From Podarcis erhardii (Eukaryota): DNA of 64,000 nt. The stretch is from NCBI GenBank assembly GCA_964252035.1, contig OZ176201.1, one strand, 5' to 3'. A program made the position numbers and the translations under genes. The notes beneath the pieces were generated by a model. It was not told the origin of the DNA. It searched no databases and saw only the letters and a program-made list of their open reading frames with translations. Positions 38,286-50,172 of this stretch are shown one piece after another (position 1 is the stretch's first letter; each line of letters begins with the position of its first letter).

Positions 38286-38728
38286 GTAGGAAAAGTTATT
38301 GTCGATCCTTAAAGCCGATTCCACTCACAGGGTGTCAATGTTGAGGGCAGGTCATGAGCCTGACCCGTGCACACGGGGCTTAGGTAGCTCTGCGTCACAG
38401 GGCGTTCATCACCTACCCCTCCTATTTCAAGGGTATTCTGTTAAAGGAATCCGGGGTGTGTGTCCTCTGTCTGAAGCCCAGACAGGGGCCAGGGCCATAG
38501 CACGACCCCTATCGATGACCCTGGGGAAATTCCTAGTTGATGTGCATCAATAGGTCTCCCCCTTTCGGTGGTTAACCCTTACTAGACTCCTGGCAGCGGG
38601 GCAGGAGTCAGATATAGTCATTGGTTCCATTGCCTAAGCCAATACCACTCACATTCTGTAATCGATAACGTTGTTGCCTTTTTCAGCCCATTAACCTAAA
38701 TTCTGGTGTCAAATGTCTTTATTCTACA
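38286..38728 (+). mobile_element. Probable solo LTR in intron 4
   Basis: Termini (t)gtaggaaaag...ctttattctaca form an imperfect inverted repeat with the 5' T missing; ATGG flanks both sides as a candidate TSD; CpG-richer than the flanks. Confidence 0.5.
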
Positions 38729-38899
38729 ATGGGGGAGGGTTCAGGACCTTGCCATGCAACACTGTGACACAAGAAAGCATTTTACTTTACATCCTAATCA
38801 ATAATACATTAAAAGAAAGAGTGGATTGTGTCTTCTCTCAACCTGTTCACTGCTGCAGACCTTGAACTTCTAGAGCTATGAACAGTTGATTAATATTAA

Positions 38900-39004
<105 letters not shown>

Positions 39005-40199
39005 TAGTAATCTAAAAAATAATATTTTTTAAAAAAATTGTTTCATTTGGAAAGTAAAGAGGAATCTAAATTTTTAAAAATGCATTGATCAGTAAATCTA
39101 CTGTACTTAGTCCAAAGAAGGCTGCAGTCTAAAACACATTTACCTGGGAGGAAGTCTCATGGAACTCAATACGTTTGCTGCTGAATCAATGTGTACAGAA
39201 TTGCATGATAAGTGTGTTGGTGCTGGAGACAACACATTTATGGACAGATGCTTAACATGGATCACTTGTAACTATTTACAGTAGCTGATGAACTAGCCCA
39301 GAGTTGCCATCTTACATATTTTGAGAGGGTGATTGTAAATAATCCTTATGTTACGTGGGCATTTTTAACATACAGGTCAGACTAGACTTCTGTTGTCCTG
39401 TGTTTCATGCCTGCTCCTTAAACACAAGAAGGTCCAAAAGTCAATATTACATCCACTACACCACATTAGTTCCCCCCCCCCCGCCCCCAAAAATACAAAC
39501 ATAAGCTTCCAGGCAACCATTATTTTCAGGCGGGATTAAATCACATGTTGGCTTAATCAGGTTGCAAAATTAAGATTGATTTGGAACTCTTGCACAAGGA
39601 GTTAAGAAAAGAGACGGCAAAATGCACCAGAACATGTAGGATAACATTTGCTTGATGTAATGTTGTCTTAACGTCCCCACAAACAAATCAGGATGAATAT
39701 TCAAGAAACAGATTGCCTGAAAGCAACCTATGTGTTTTCCTATGTACAGGATATACTGGATACAACAGTGGGGAATTTAATGCTGGTAGGTGGAGAAATG
39801 GGGCGTCATTAAAGACCTTACCGTTTTAAGTGATCTACATACAACCCATCACATTTAAGTCATTATAAGTGCAGAGAAGCATTACAGAATTTATTCATGG
39901 CAGTTTAGAGGCTGTCATAAATAGAAACAAAATAATTGTGACAATTCATTATTTGGGGGAGCAAAAAAGAGACATAATGTAAGCATGCCTTTCTGTATTT
40001 GTTTGGAACTGCAAGGTCCCTTTCTAAATATAAGCATCATGACCACTTTGTTGTGTGTGTGTGTGTGTGTGTGTGGCAGTGAGAGGGAAAATGATGTGAA
40101 TGCATTTGTGGCAAGTGCCATTTATGGTCATGTGACCATGAAGGAAAGCAACATGTAAATGAAAATTGTGATGGAATGATGATCTTCATTGTTTTGAAG

Positions 40200-40337
40200 A
40201 TGGCTACCCAAAGGAAGAGATTATCTACATGTGGAAGCGCAGCTCAGTAGAAGTAGGAGACACTAGATCCTGGAGGCTGTATCAGTTTTCATTTATTGGG
40301 CTCAGAAATACAACTGAAGTCGTGCCGACAACTTCAG
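40200..40337 (+). CDS. GABRG2: GABRG2 coding exon 6
   Basis: ttgaag|AT GGC; reads (Y)[45 protein letters not shown]; G|GTAGGC donor; 138 nt. Confidence 0.97.
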
Positions 40338-40962
40338 GTAGGCGAAGCTGCTCTACTTTAATTGAACATTTGCTCCTACTTGACGCTGAAGTGGGGAAAG
40401 GGCAATACTATACTTACTGTGTAGCTGAAATTATCAGTTTCATGGGATATTTCTGTTGACAAGCTGTGACATTTGAGACTACCAGTGTGGGATCAAAACA
40501 TGAAAGCAGGCATGGGAAAGTGGTGGCCCTCTAGATGTTGGACTCCAGGCCCATTAGCCCTGGCCAGGAAAGCCAGTGGTCAGTGATGATGGGAGGTGTT
40601 GTCCCACAACATCTGGAAGGTTACCCTTCTGTGGCTTAGATGCTGCCATATATATAATCAACAAAAATAGCATGTTAGGTGGAAGGATCTGCCTTAGCTC
40701 TGCAGGGCCAGTCCTGCCATTAGGCAAGGTGGCCAACGTGGTAGCAGATGTGAGGGGACATGAAAGGGCAGCAAAATGTTAATTAAATAGGGATCAAACA
40801 TTTCTACTTGCTAGGTGGAACTATTGCCCCCCTGACCCTTTGACATTGTAATTTTGTATAAATGGAGAATGTTTTATATTAGAGAACATTTAAACATTTA
40901 TTATTCCACCTTCATTTTGGAAGGAAACCATCTGGCAAGAGAGAACTCTATATAATTGCTTA

Positions 40963-41053
40963 CAGCAGAATCCTATGCACGTCTGCTCAGAAGCAAGTCT
41001 TGGTGAATTCTATGGGGCTTACTCCCCAAGTAAGCATGTGTGGAATTGTAGCT
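40963..41053. mobile_element. ~90-bp palindromic Harbinger-like MITE
   Basis: cagcagaatcctatgcac...gcatgtgtggaattgtagct flanked by TTA on both sides. Confidence 0.5.
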
Positions 41054-41940
41054 TTAGATTCTCACTGCAAAACACCAAAATCAAACCAAATATAACCTGT
41101 GTAACTCTTCTAGTCTCTTGAATACAGCTAGCTGGAGGATGGATGAGCAGGATTAATGTGAGGTAAATTCTTGGCTGTGCCTGCTCTGTCATCAGAACTG
41201 CAATATAAAAGAGGTTTCACAGATAATTTTTGGTAACTTAGTATCACAACTTTTCTAATAGGCTTCTGGAGATGCAGTGTTTCATTTTGCCTTTGCCTCA
41301 GGGTCAGCAGTAAATGGAACAATCTAGTCCTAAATTGGGGTTGCTTCTTTGTGCTGGACGGACTGCATGTCAGGGAGCTAAATCTCTTTCCTTTTGCCTG
41401 TTTGTGTCACCCTCAGAGCACACATGTAACAGGATCTGTAATAACGACAAAAGATTAGTGACTCAGAGCAATGAGCGTCACCTCATTACTGAGCTTGGGA
41501 TGAAGCACACAATTGTGGGTCACACAGACGGATTGGATCCTGAGTGCAGCTTAGTGTAGATAAATACATTGCATAATTAATTCGATTTGAATTTTGTAGA
41601 TTAATTGTCTTGAAATGGATTCACACTTCTGATGTTGTAGTGTCTTACTGTATAAAAAAGGGCATTGTTGACAAAACTTTCCTTTAAATTCTACTGTCTT
41701 TATCTGAAGCACATGTAGGGATAGGGCAATGACTAGGGAAATGGGCCAATGCAGCAAAAAGCCATTTTTTTGCTCTCACTACCAGTTTGCTACTGGTCTA
41801 GCTTCAAGGTCCTTCTGCTAATTCAGAAAGCCCTAAACAACCTGAGTTCAAAGCACATTAAGGACCTTTTGATCCCTTGTGAACTACCTCAGATCCTCTG
41901 ATTGGGCACTTCTTGTGGTTCCCCACATCCCTGTAAAATG

Positions 41941-42320
41941 GTAAAAGGTAAAGGTAAAAGACGCCTGGATAGTTAAGTCCAGTCAAAGGCGACTGTGGGG
42001 TTGCAGCTCACATCTCACTTTCAGGCCGAGGGAGCTGGCGTTTGTCCACAGATAGCTTTCAGGGTCATGTTGCCAGGATGACTAAACCGCTTCTGGTGCA
42101 ATGGAACACCATGACAGAAACCAGAGCGCACTGAAACGCCGTTTACCTTCCCGCTGCAGCGGTATTTATTTATCTACTTGTTCTGGTGGGCTTTCAAACT
42201 GCTAGGTTGGCAGAAACTGGGACAGAGCAACGGGAGCTCACCCTGTGGCACAGATTTAAACTGCTGACCTTCTGATCAGCAAGCCCAAGAGGCTCAGTTT
42301 AGACCACAGTGCCACCAGCA
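41941..42320 (-). mobile_element. Sauria SINE
   Basis: (AAAGGT)n tail, body and head homologous to 24696-25043. Confidence 0.85.
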
Positions 42321-43404
42321 TCACATAATATAATACTCTTAATAAATAACAAGATGAAAGATGGGGGGGAAAGTATCTGACGAAGTGTGTATTACACATG
42401 AAAGCTCATACCTTGAAAGCTTATATTTAGTTGATCTTAAAGGTGCCACTGGAATTATTTTAAAAGATTTTTTCATCTTTCCTCTTGTTATTGATTATGA
42501 CTATGATCAACATGGTTATCCACCTGAATCTATAATATATATATGCATTGTCAGCACACAATATTGGAGCAAAAAGTTTATATTTATTTAAATATAATTT
42601 ACTCCCTCCATACTAAGTGAGCCTTAGTAATGTGCAGACACCAGGCTCTACGGATATCCACAAATACCTCTAAGCCTCAGACTCCAGGTGATGACTCCAA
42701 GAGTGCCCCTTAACCCAGTAATGCATCAGGGTGCCAGTGACTCCTCAACAAAAGAAACAAATTCAAGCTTCCAGCCTAGTTTCTAACGTGGACAAATATA
42801 CATCTGTGCATGAAAAGGCCTTCTTGGTTTTGCTTCCATTCCAGGAAGGTTAATGGAAAATCTCACATCAGTAAGAGCTGTATTCCACCTGGAACCCAAT
42901 TTGTATTTCTTGTAGTTATTGGCTTCCTTTCTCTCTCTTTGCTAACAGTTTTTTGTTTTTGTTTTTAAGTCAGATAGGAACAAAATCAGTGCTATGAGCT
43001 TCAGTTCTACTGTTATATTTAGTGAATCAATTTTATGAAGTTCTGTGCAATATTAAAAGAGAGTGTTCCTTGAAGGAAACAATCCATTCACATTAAGCTA
43101 ACACCATCCTCCTAAGGGACCATTAATCTCATTTCAGAACCCTCAGTAGTGGTCTAAGCAGTGCCATCTAATTGAAAGATCATATTTACTATTAATGCAC
43201 TCATGCACACTGTCCCTGTCCATTACTTAAACAAATAAATTGATCAATATTAATTGTGCCTTCGTACACAGTAAAAGCTCGCTTTAGCCTAGAATATATA
43301 TTTATATATATAACATGCTTTCCAGAGACAATTTAGTCCTGATGAATTTAGCCTGCTAGGGATGTACTTGAAGCCTCAGAAGAACTGTACAGAGTGCACA
43401 TCTT

Positions 43405-43406
43405 TC

Positions 43407-43457
<51 letters not shown>
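43405..43457. repeat. Compound (CT)n(GT)n microsatellite
   Basis: Read directly. Confidence 0.9.
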
Positions 43458-44188
43458 AAAATGGAGACTTCAGCTTTGCGCAGGCTCAAAGGACCCTGCA
43501 TATAAACTTGAAATGCATATCACCAAGTGCAAAGGGTAGTCACTTCTTAGCTCTCTGTGCAACTCAAGTACTCTCTGTGGTCAAAGAGAACATAGAGGGA
43601 ACAAGTGTTTTGTTGTCATAACTTGGAACTGTTTCAGGTGGCACTTTACAAATCTGAGGAGCCAGAGGGGCTAGAATTGGCTCGGTTTGGTGCTGCAAAT
43701 GTGCCCTGAAATGAGTAGCTCTGCAGACTGCCGTATGAGCACTGAACTGACTTAAATACAAGCACTCCGACTGCATTGCTTTATGGACTGAACTGGTCTG
43801 TGTCACTCCCTAATACTGCAACTTTTATAAAATAGCTAACGGGGGATATTTCATCCCACATTCAATTTTCCTAGGGATCCTCACAAACTGGACTGTTTCT
43901 GGTCCATATAGCATTTGTATGTTTTCACCCATAAGTCCAGCCAATCCTGTTTCCATATTTATTCCATAGCTTAAACTGAATATCCATTTTCAATGTATTT
44001 GAATGTGTTTGGTTGTTGTTTTTAAGCAGAGAACTGTATCAGAATATTTGGTATGTGTGAAATATAGCTATACGCTTGAAAGGCATTAATTATATACATT
44101 TTTATCCTGCCAAAAAATGCTCCCTGAGTGGCTCACAAATGCCAATAACATTGCCTTCAGGCTTACAATGGGAAGACATGAAATAAAG

Positions 44189-44324
44189 CAGGCATAGGCA
44201 AACTCGGCCCTCCAGATGTTTTGGAACTACAACTCCCATCATCACTGACCACTGGTCCTGTTAGCTATGGATGATGGGAGCTGTAGTCCCAAAAAATCTG
44301 GAGGGCAGAGTTTGCCTATGCCTG
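44189..44324. mobile_element. Palindromic hAT MITE inserted in an L2-like remnant (~44095-44395)
   Basis: TIR caggcataggcaaact / agtttgcctatgcctg; TSD aaataaag / aaataaaa (7/8). Confidence 0.85.
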
Positions 44325-44395
44325 AAATAAAAGGAAAAAGTCTTTGGAGGGAGGAGGGGAGAAAAAAGCAAACTCAGGTGAGGCAACTGCCTCAA

Positions 44396-44521
44396 GTGGC
44401 AAGAGCCATAGGGTCAGCAGGATTGTGGGTTTGAGCCCCACATTGGGCAAAATATTCCTGCATTGCAGGGGGCTGGACTAGATAACCCTCCTGGTCCCTT
44501 CCAACTCTACAGTTCTATGAT
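44396..44521 (+). mobile_element. tRNA-derived SINE with CR1 tail, 5'-degenerate
   Basis: gggtttgagccccacattgggcaaaa...ggactagataaccctcctggtcccttccaactctacagttctatgat. Confidence 0.65.
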
Positions 44522-46778
44522 TGCTTTCATTCTGCCTCATCTTCTGTTTTCATGTATGTAGAGTGTATCAAATCTGCACATGGTTCTCCTTTGAATGTAT
44601 ATTTAGCTTCCATTTTGTGGCCAAGCTCCTACTGCTGAGATCCTCAAGATGTTTGCGTGATAGTACACATTATTTTCCTAATTCGTATAGCCCAACAATC
44701 AACTAGAGATTCACCTGATTGTTTCAGTAGTTAATGAGTCTGCAATGATGGGTTATTTGACCCAACTTTGCGTCCTCCCTCCAGTTAGCTGAAATGATAA
44801 ATGACTGCATTGACCAGGGAGAGCATTATAGCTGAAAAGGTAAACAGGCTGCAGTTTAAAAGAAAACCAAAAACACACACACAAGGCTGCAATCCTATGC
44901 ATACTTGACGTGGAGGTAAACTCCACTGAACATAATGAGACTGAACTTCTGACTAAATATGCAGAGGATTGCCACGTGAGTTTGTGGGTCACTTCTCTAG
45001 GAAATTGTAAAGATATTTATAGCGCATGCTGAAAAAAGCATGACCATGTCCTCATTTTGGATGCTCCTGACATACTTAGAGGGTCCAGGCATTCAATCCC
45101 ATATTTAAAGCTGCATGCAAATATAGTGTGGTAAGAAGGTTAATGTATTAGAGCAAGAAACCTTTGACAGGAGAAAAAACATCATTTGAAGCTTTCTCTC
45201 ATAAATGTTGCTTTAGTTTGGTCATTTTCATTTCTTGCAATAAAATGTTCACCAATGTCACATTATGATCAGTATGATATATTTATTTCCTGGAGAGTAT
45301 GTGGATTCTTTGCATCTTGTGGTCTTTTGTAGGGAGTATTCTGATAATTGATCACATACCAGTATGTGTATCCATGTAGTCAAAATACAGGGTGTTAGTC
45401 AACTAAGTTTTACCCTTGAAATGAATGACCCTAACTTAGTCATGTTCATTAATTTCAGTGGATCTGCTCTGAGTGAAACTTTGTTGAATTCCACACATAA
45501 TATTGAAATGGAATAATGGAATAAAATCCAGTAAATCCTGGGTAGGACCCAATAGGTATTCTTCCACGGAGAGAAAGCATTTATTAGTGGAATGAAAGTC
45601 TTTCTCATGAAATGGTTGCTATATGGGCATAATGCAAAATGGCTGACACAATTGAAAGAACAGAAGAGAGATAGGACCACAAACTGGTGCAGGCATGCCC
45701 CGTTGTATCAGTCACTCCCACCAAAGAAGAAAAAAGGATCTACGTCAGCCACCACTAAGCCAACTCACAGAAATAAGCTCTTGTACCTCTCCTCCATTCA
45801 GAACAGAGGGGAGGATGGGTGCCGAATCATGACATCCAAAGAAATATGACATATTGCATTTTAATACTACTGAGCGATAGCAACAGACTGAATTGTTTGA
45901 TACTATTGCTTTTGTGAATTTGCATTTTGAATTTGGTTTAACGTGATTCTTACTCTGTGAGCCATCATGAGAGAAATAAATCGGAAGAACCATCTCCCTT
46001 GAATTATGGGAATAGTTATATCTAGAGGAGCAGTTAATTTTACCTATCCACTGCAGTCCACTGCACGTATTCTACCAAATGAGTCAACATCTTTCTATAT
46101 TTTGCTAACAAAATAGAGAAGGTGACTCTACAAATGTTCTTAATGAAGTTAATGTCACAGGGACAGAAACGTGTCTGGGTAACTATTATTATCTGCATTT
46201 GTCATATAGGAAGGTGAGGCATGAAGGAATGCATTATTGAAAGTAATATAGGTAGCTATAAGTGGAACAGCCATCAAACCAGGTACCCGCAAATCAGTGG
46301 GCTGTGCTTCCAGTCATAAAATAAGAATTAACTCCCCTTTGTTCAGCTAACTATTCTGAATGGGTTCCACTTCCACTTCTTGCTCTTATTTCTCTTTTAG
46401 TTCCTTTCAGGGAATGAACAGGGTACAGTGAATGAGTGGAAGGGAGATGTTTGTGGTGACAAATCCCCATCCCGTCCTGCTGACCTCCATGTCCTTGGTG
46501 GAAGGTCCAAAGAAAGTCTCCACATTAACAACTTGAATGTGCACAGCCTTCTTTTCTTTTCACATGATCAGGGACTCTGATCTGTTTTGACCTTCTGCAG
46601 AACACACCAAGGTCAGGGATTAGTCCTGCCATTGCAAGTTCTCTTCCTACAGTCCCTATTTTAAATCCAAACACTGTTAAACATATCTTATTCACATATA
46701 TCACAATGATAAATTGAAAGTGCAAACTAATGCACAGCAGGTCTTGCTGTGTTTGGGGGGGGATTACTCCTCAGTAAC

Positions 46779-46829
46779 TCCTTCCTTCCTTCCTTCCTTC
46801 CTTCCTTCCTTCCTTCCTTCCTTCCTTCC
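46779..46829. repeat. (CTTC)n microsatellite
   Basis: Read directly. Confidence 0.95.
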
Positions 46830-48672
46830 CTCTGCATAACTATAAATCCCCTCCTAATCAACCAGCAACTTGAGTAGAGTGTGGGGTAGGGGTGGAGAGG
46901 GGATCCAATATCTCTAGTATATAATAACAGTTCCAAAATCCATGAAAATAAAGTATCCTGTAGCTGGATTATTTATGTACTAAGACTCCATGGCCAAGCT
47001 ATATTTATGCTAGCTACCTTGACAATTAAATTACAAGATTAGTAGTTCAATTACCAGATTGTAATAATGCCTAATACCTGCCTCCAAATGAAGTGAGGGC
47101 TTCTCCTAAGGCTGAAACACCCTCACATAGTACCATTTCCCTGGCAGGCTGGTACAGACAGTGGTAAAGTTCACTCAGTAGGGATACGGGAGAAATTTGG
47201 TTTGGCAACTGAACTTCTTGCAAAATATGTATGCAAATTGAAATCCAACTTCTCTTAATTTTGTGTTGTCGGTTTTCCACCGAAAAACTGTACAAAATGC
47301 ACGTATTAGGCATAGTGTTCATGAAAATGTATAAATAATAAAAATAACATACAAAGCTGCATTATATTATGCAATGATGCAAAATTGCCTGCAAATATGT
47401 GCATATTGAGAGAAAGGTTCACTAAAATACTGATGGATTTTTTAGGGAAGTATTAAAATGTATTAATTTTATTTAAAATGAATGCTGAAATATAGCCAAC
47501 TGTACTTAGGACAGGGAGAATGAGAAGCTGAAATTGACATATTTGTCCATCTCTACTACTTGGGGAATTGCTCAGAAAGCTTTGGTGGCCATAGTTTAAC
47601 ATGGGCTCTACTAAGGTCAAGTGAGAATATAGTACAGTCAGATACACAGTCATGATGATGAAGCTGTCAGATTTTGTAAACATTTCTTTTCTTTCCAGTG
47701 CAAGTATATTTATGAAATACAGTTAGTGAAGACCACCAATGTTTCTCCCTAGTTAATGCACTTTTCTGCAGTACAGAAAAGGACTTCATGGCTGGAGTGG
47801 GAAAATTTACAAAAAACATTTAAAGAGTCAAAATATAATTTAGTGTCACACAAACAAAAAGAAGACATTTGAGCTATAACAAAATAAGCATTTCTGTATT
47901 GACTGCTTTATCCTTTAATTTGTATTTTTAAAGCAAATTTTCAAGCTGAGTATGCATTAAGAATATCTTACCCTAAAGCAAGCAACTGCTGTAAGTACTA
48001 ATGACACTATGTGACACATTTATCAAATTACATGTTGTGCAAATTGCATTTCTCACGGCCCACACTCCTGTTTTTATTGAAATCACTGAATCTAATGATC
48101 TATTTTCATTAAACTGTTGTGATATCAGGAAAGAAATACATTGTAATTTCATTACCAAAGTCTGCAACCGGAGATAGATGTAATAAAAACAAATTTTGAT
48201 AAAAAAATATTTGTCCTAAAAAGATTAGAAAGTTAAAACATGCACATCTACAACAATAATGCTACAATCCACTGATGGAGATCAGTGAGACTTATTCCCA
48301 GGTAAGGGTTTGACTTCAAAAGTGCTATTGCACAGCCTCTGCAAGACCCACCAATCAGCTGACCATTTGGTCTCATGTAGCCCAATGCTCAGGGCTTTGC
48401 TGGCACCACTGATCAGCTGATTGATGGTGCCTGCAAACCTCCTTTCAGCTGAGACAGGTCTTGGCCTGTCCCTCATTGGATCTCATATAGGGCAGGTGGA
48501 CACAGCTTGGCCAAAATGGCCCCACAGGCCAAATGGGGAGGACCAGCGTGCATACTTTATTTTAATGGACCAGAGGTTCCCCACTGCTGATCATGTGAGG
48601 GAGAGTAGGGCTGGCAAGCTCTTCTGCCCTTGGTATGTCAACTCTCCTGTTGCAGTTCAAAAGCATGTCATA

Positions 48673-48883
48673 GTGCAAGTAGATAAATAGGTACCGCTCC
48701 GGTGGGAAGGTAAATGGAGTTTCCGTGTGCTGCTCTGGTTCGCCAGAAGCGGCCTAGTCATGCTGGCTACATGACCTGGAAGCTGTACGCTGGCTCCCTC
48801 GGCCAATAAAGCGAGTGAGTGCCGCAACCTCAGAGTTGGTCATGACTGGACCTAATGGTCAGGGGTCCCTTTACCTTTACCTA
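48673..48883 (+). mobile_element. 5'-truncated Sauria SINE (sense orientation)
   Basis: Reverse complement of the body of 24696-25043; ends in ggggtccctttacctttacc. Confidence 0.85.
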
Positions 48884-49818
48884 GAATCACAGAAGTGTAG
48901 GACTGAAGGGTGTATTTATGGAGAGTCCCTACATGATCTAAAACTTTGACCATGCGGGTTCTCTATTGCAGAGAGAGCTTCAGTGAGCAGATTCTCTATT
49001 TTAGAGGACTTCACTCGAACTCATGGAGGGATTAAAAAAAGGAAACTGAAGATTACGCAGCAGATGGGACAGGCCTTACCAGCTCCCTCATTTGATTTTG
49101 ATTGCCCCAAGAAAGAGCATCTAAATAAGTCTTCTGTTTTTCTTCCTTTTCAAATCTTTCCTTATTTTGGGTAACACAGTGTGTAACCAACTCATGTGAG
49201 AGGTGGGGGCAAGCCACAGGGCGCCCCTACCCCATTACTTGACAGCCTGGATGGAGCACCCCCTCCACCATTTGTACATCTGAACACAGGGAATCTGTCC
49301 AGACATTAAAAGTTTCTGAGCAGAATTGGGTTTTCCTGTGTGCATTAATTGAATATGCTTTGAACAGCTGGACAGGGCTCAGGTCGTAACCAAAATGTCA
49401 CATTTTGATTTGGAACAGAAAATCAGCTGGAATACTTCTAGGCAGTTCAGGGTGAAGAGATACTGCTGGAATGAAGGTGGGGGGGGGGACAGAAAGAGAG
49501 AGAGATTGGCTTCTGGCATATATATGTCCTCAATAATAAACACAGATGCCTCCAAGGCTGTTCTTGCCCAATTAAATCCTTTCACAATGTAACTGCAGTT
49601 GCCGGCTTCTCAACTTCATGTTGTTACATAGCATTTTGGTAACCTACTTAGCTAATACGCCAAGGCCCTTCTTGCTGCCCATCAACTGTAATGAGGAGCT
49701 TTAATTGAGAACAAGACTGAATGGGAAGCAGAGGAATAGGATCCTCAGTTACATGAACAACCTAGTCTACAATCTAGTTAAATCAATGGTGTGTGTGTGT
49801 GTGTGTGTGCACGCGCGC

Positions 49819-50172
49819 AAGGGTGATCTAGTCCAAGACCCTGCAATGCAGTACAGTGGTCCCTCGGGTTAAGTACTTAATTCATTCCAGAGGTCCGTTC
49901 TTAACCTGAAACTGTTCTTTACCTGAAGCACCACTTTAGCTAATGTGGCCTCCTGCTGCCGTTGTGCCGCCGGAGAACGATTTCTGTTCTCATCCTGAAG
50001 CAAAATTCTTAACCCGAGGTACTATTTCTGGGTCAGTGGAGTCTGTAACCTGATGCATATGTAACTTGAAGTGTATGTAACCCGAGGTACCATTGTAATC
50101 TTTTGCCCAACATAGTACATGAACCCATAACTCAGAGATTAAGAGGATTATGCTCTACCAACTGAGCTATCC
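49819..50172 (-). mobile_element. tRNA(Lys)/CR1-tail SINE split by a Tigger-like MITE
   Basis: The minus strand reads ggatagctcagttggtagagcat...ttgggcaaaagatta | ctgcattgcagggtcttggactagatcaccctt around the insertion. Confidence 0.7.
49854..50095. mobile_element. Tigger-like MITE
   Basis: cagtggtccctcggg...ccgaggtaccattg with TA TSD (49852-49853 and 50096-50097). Confidence 0.85.
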
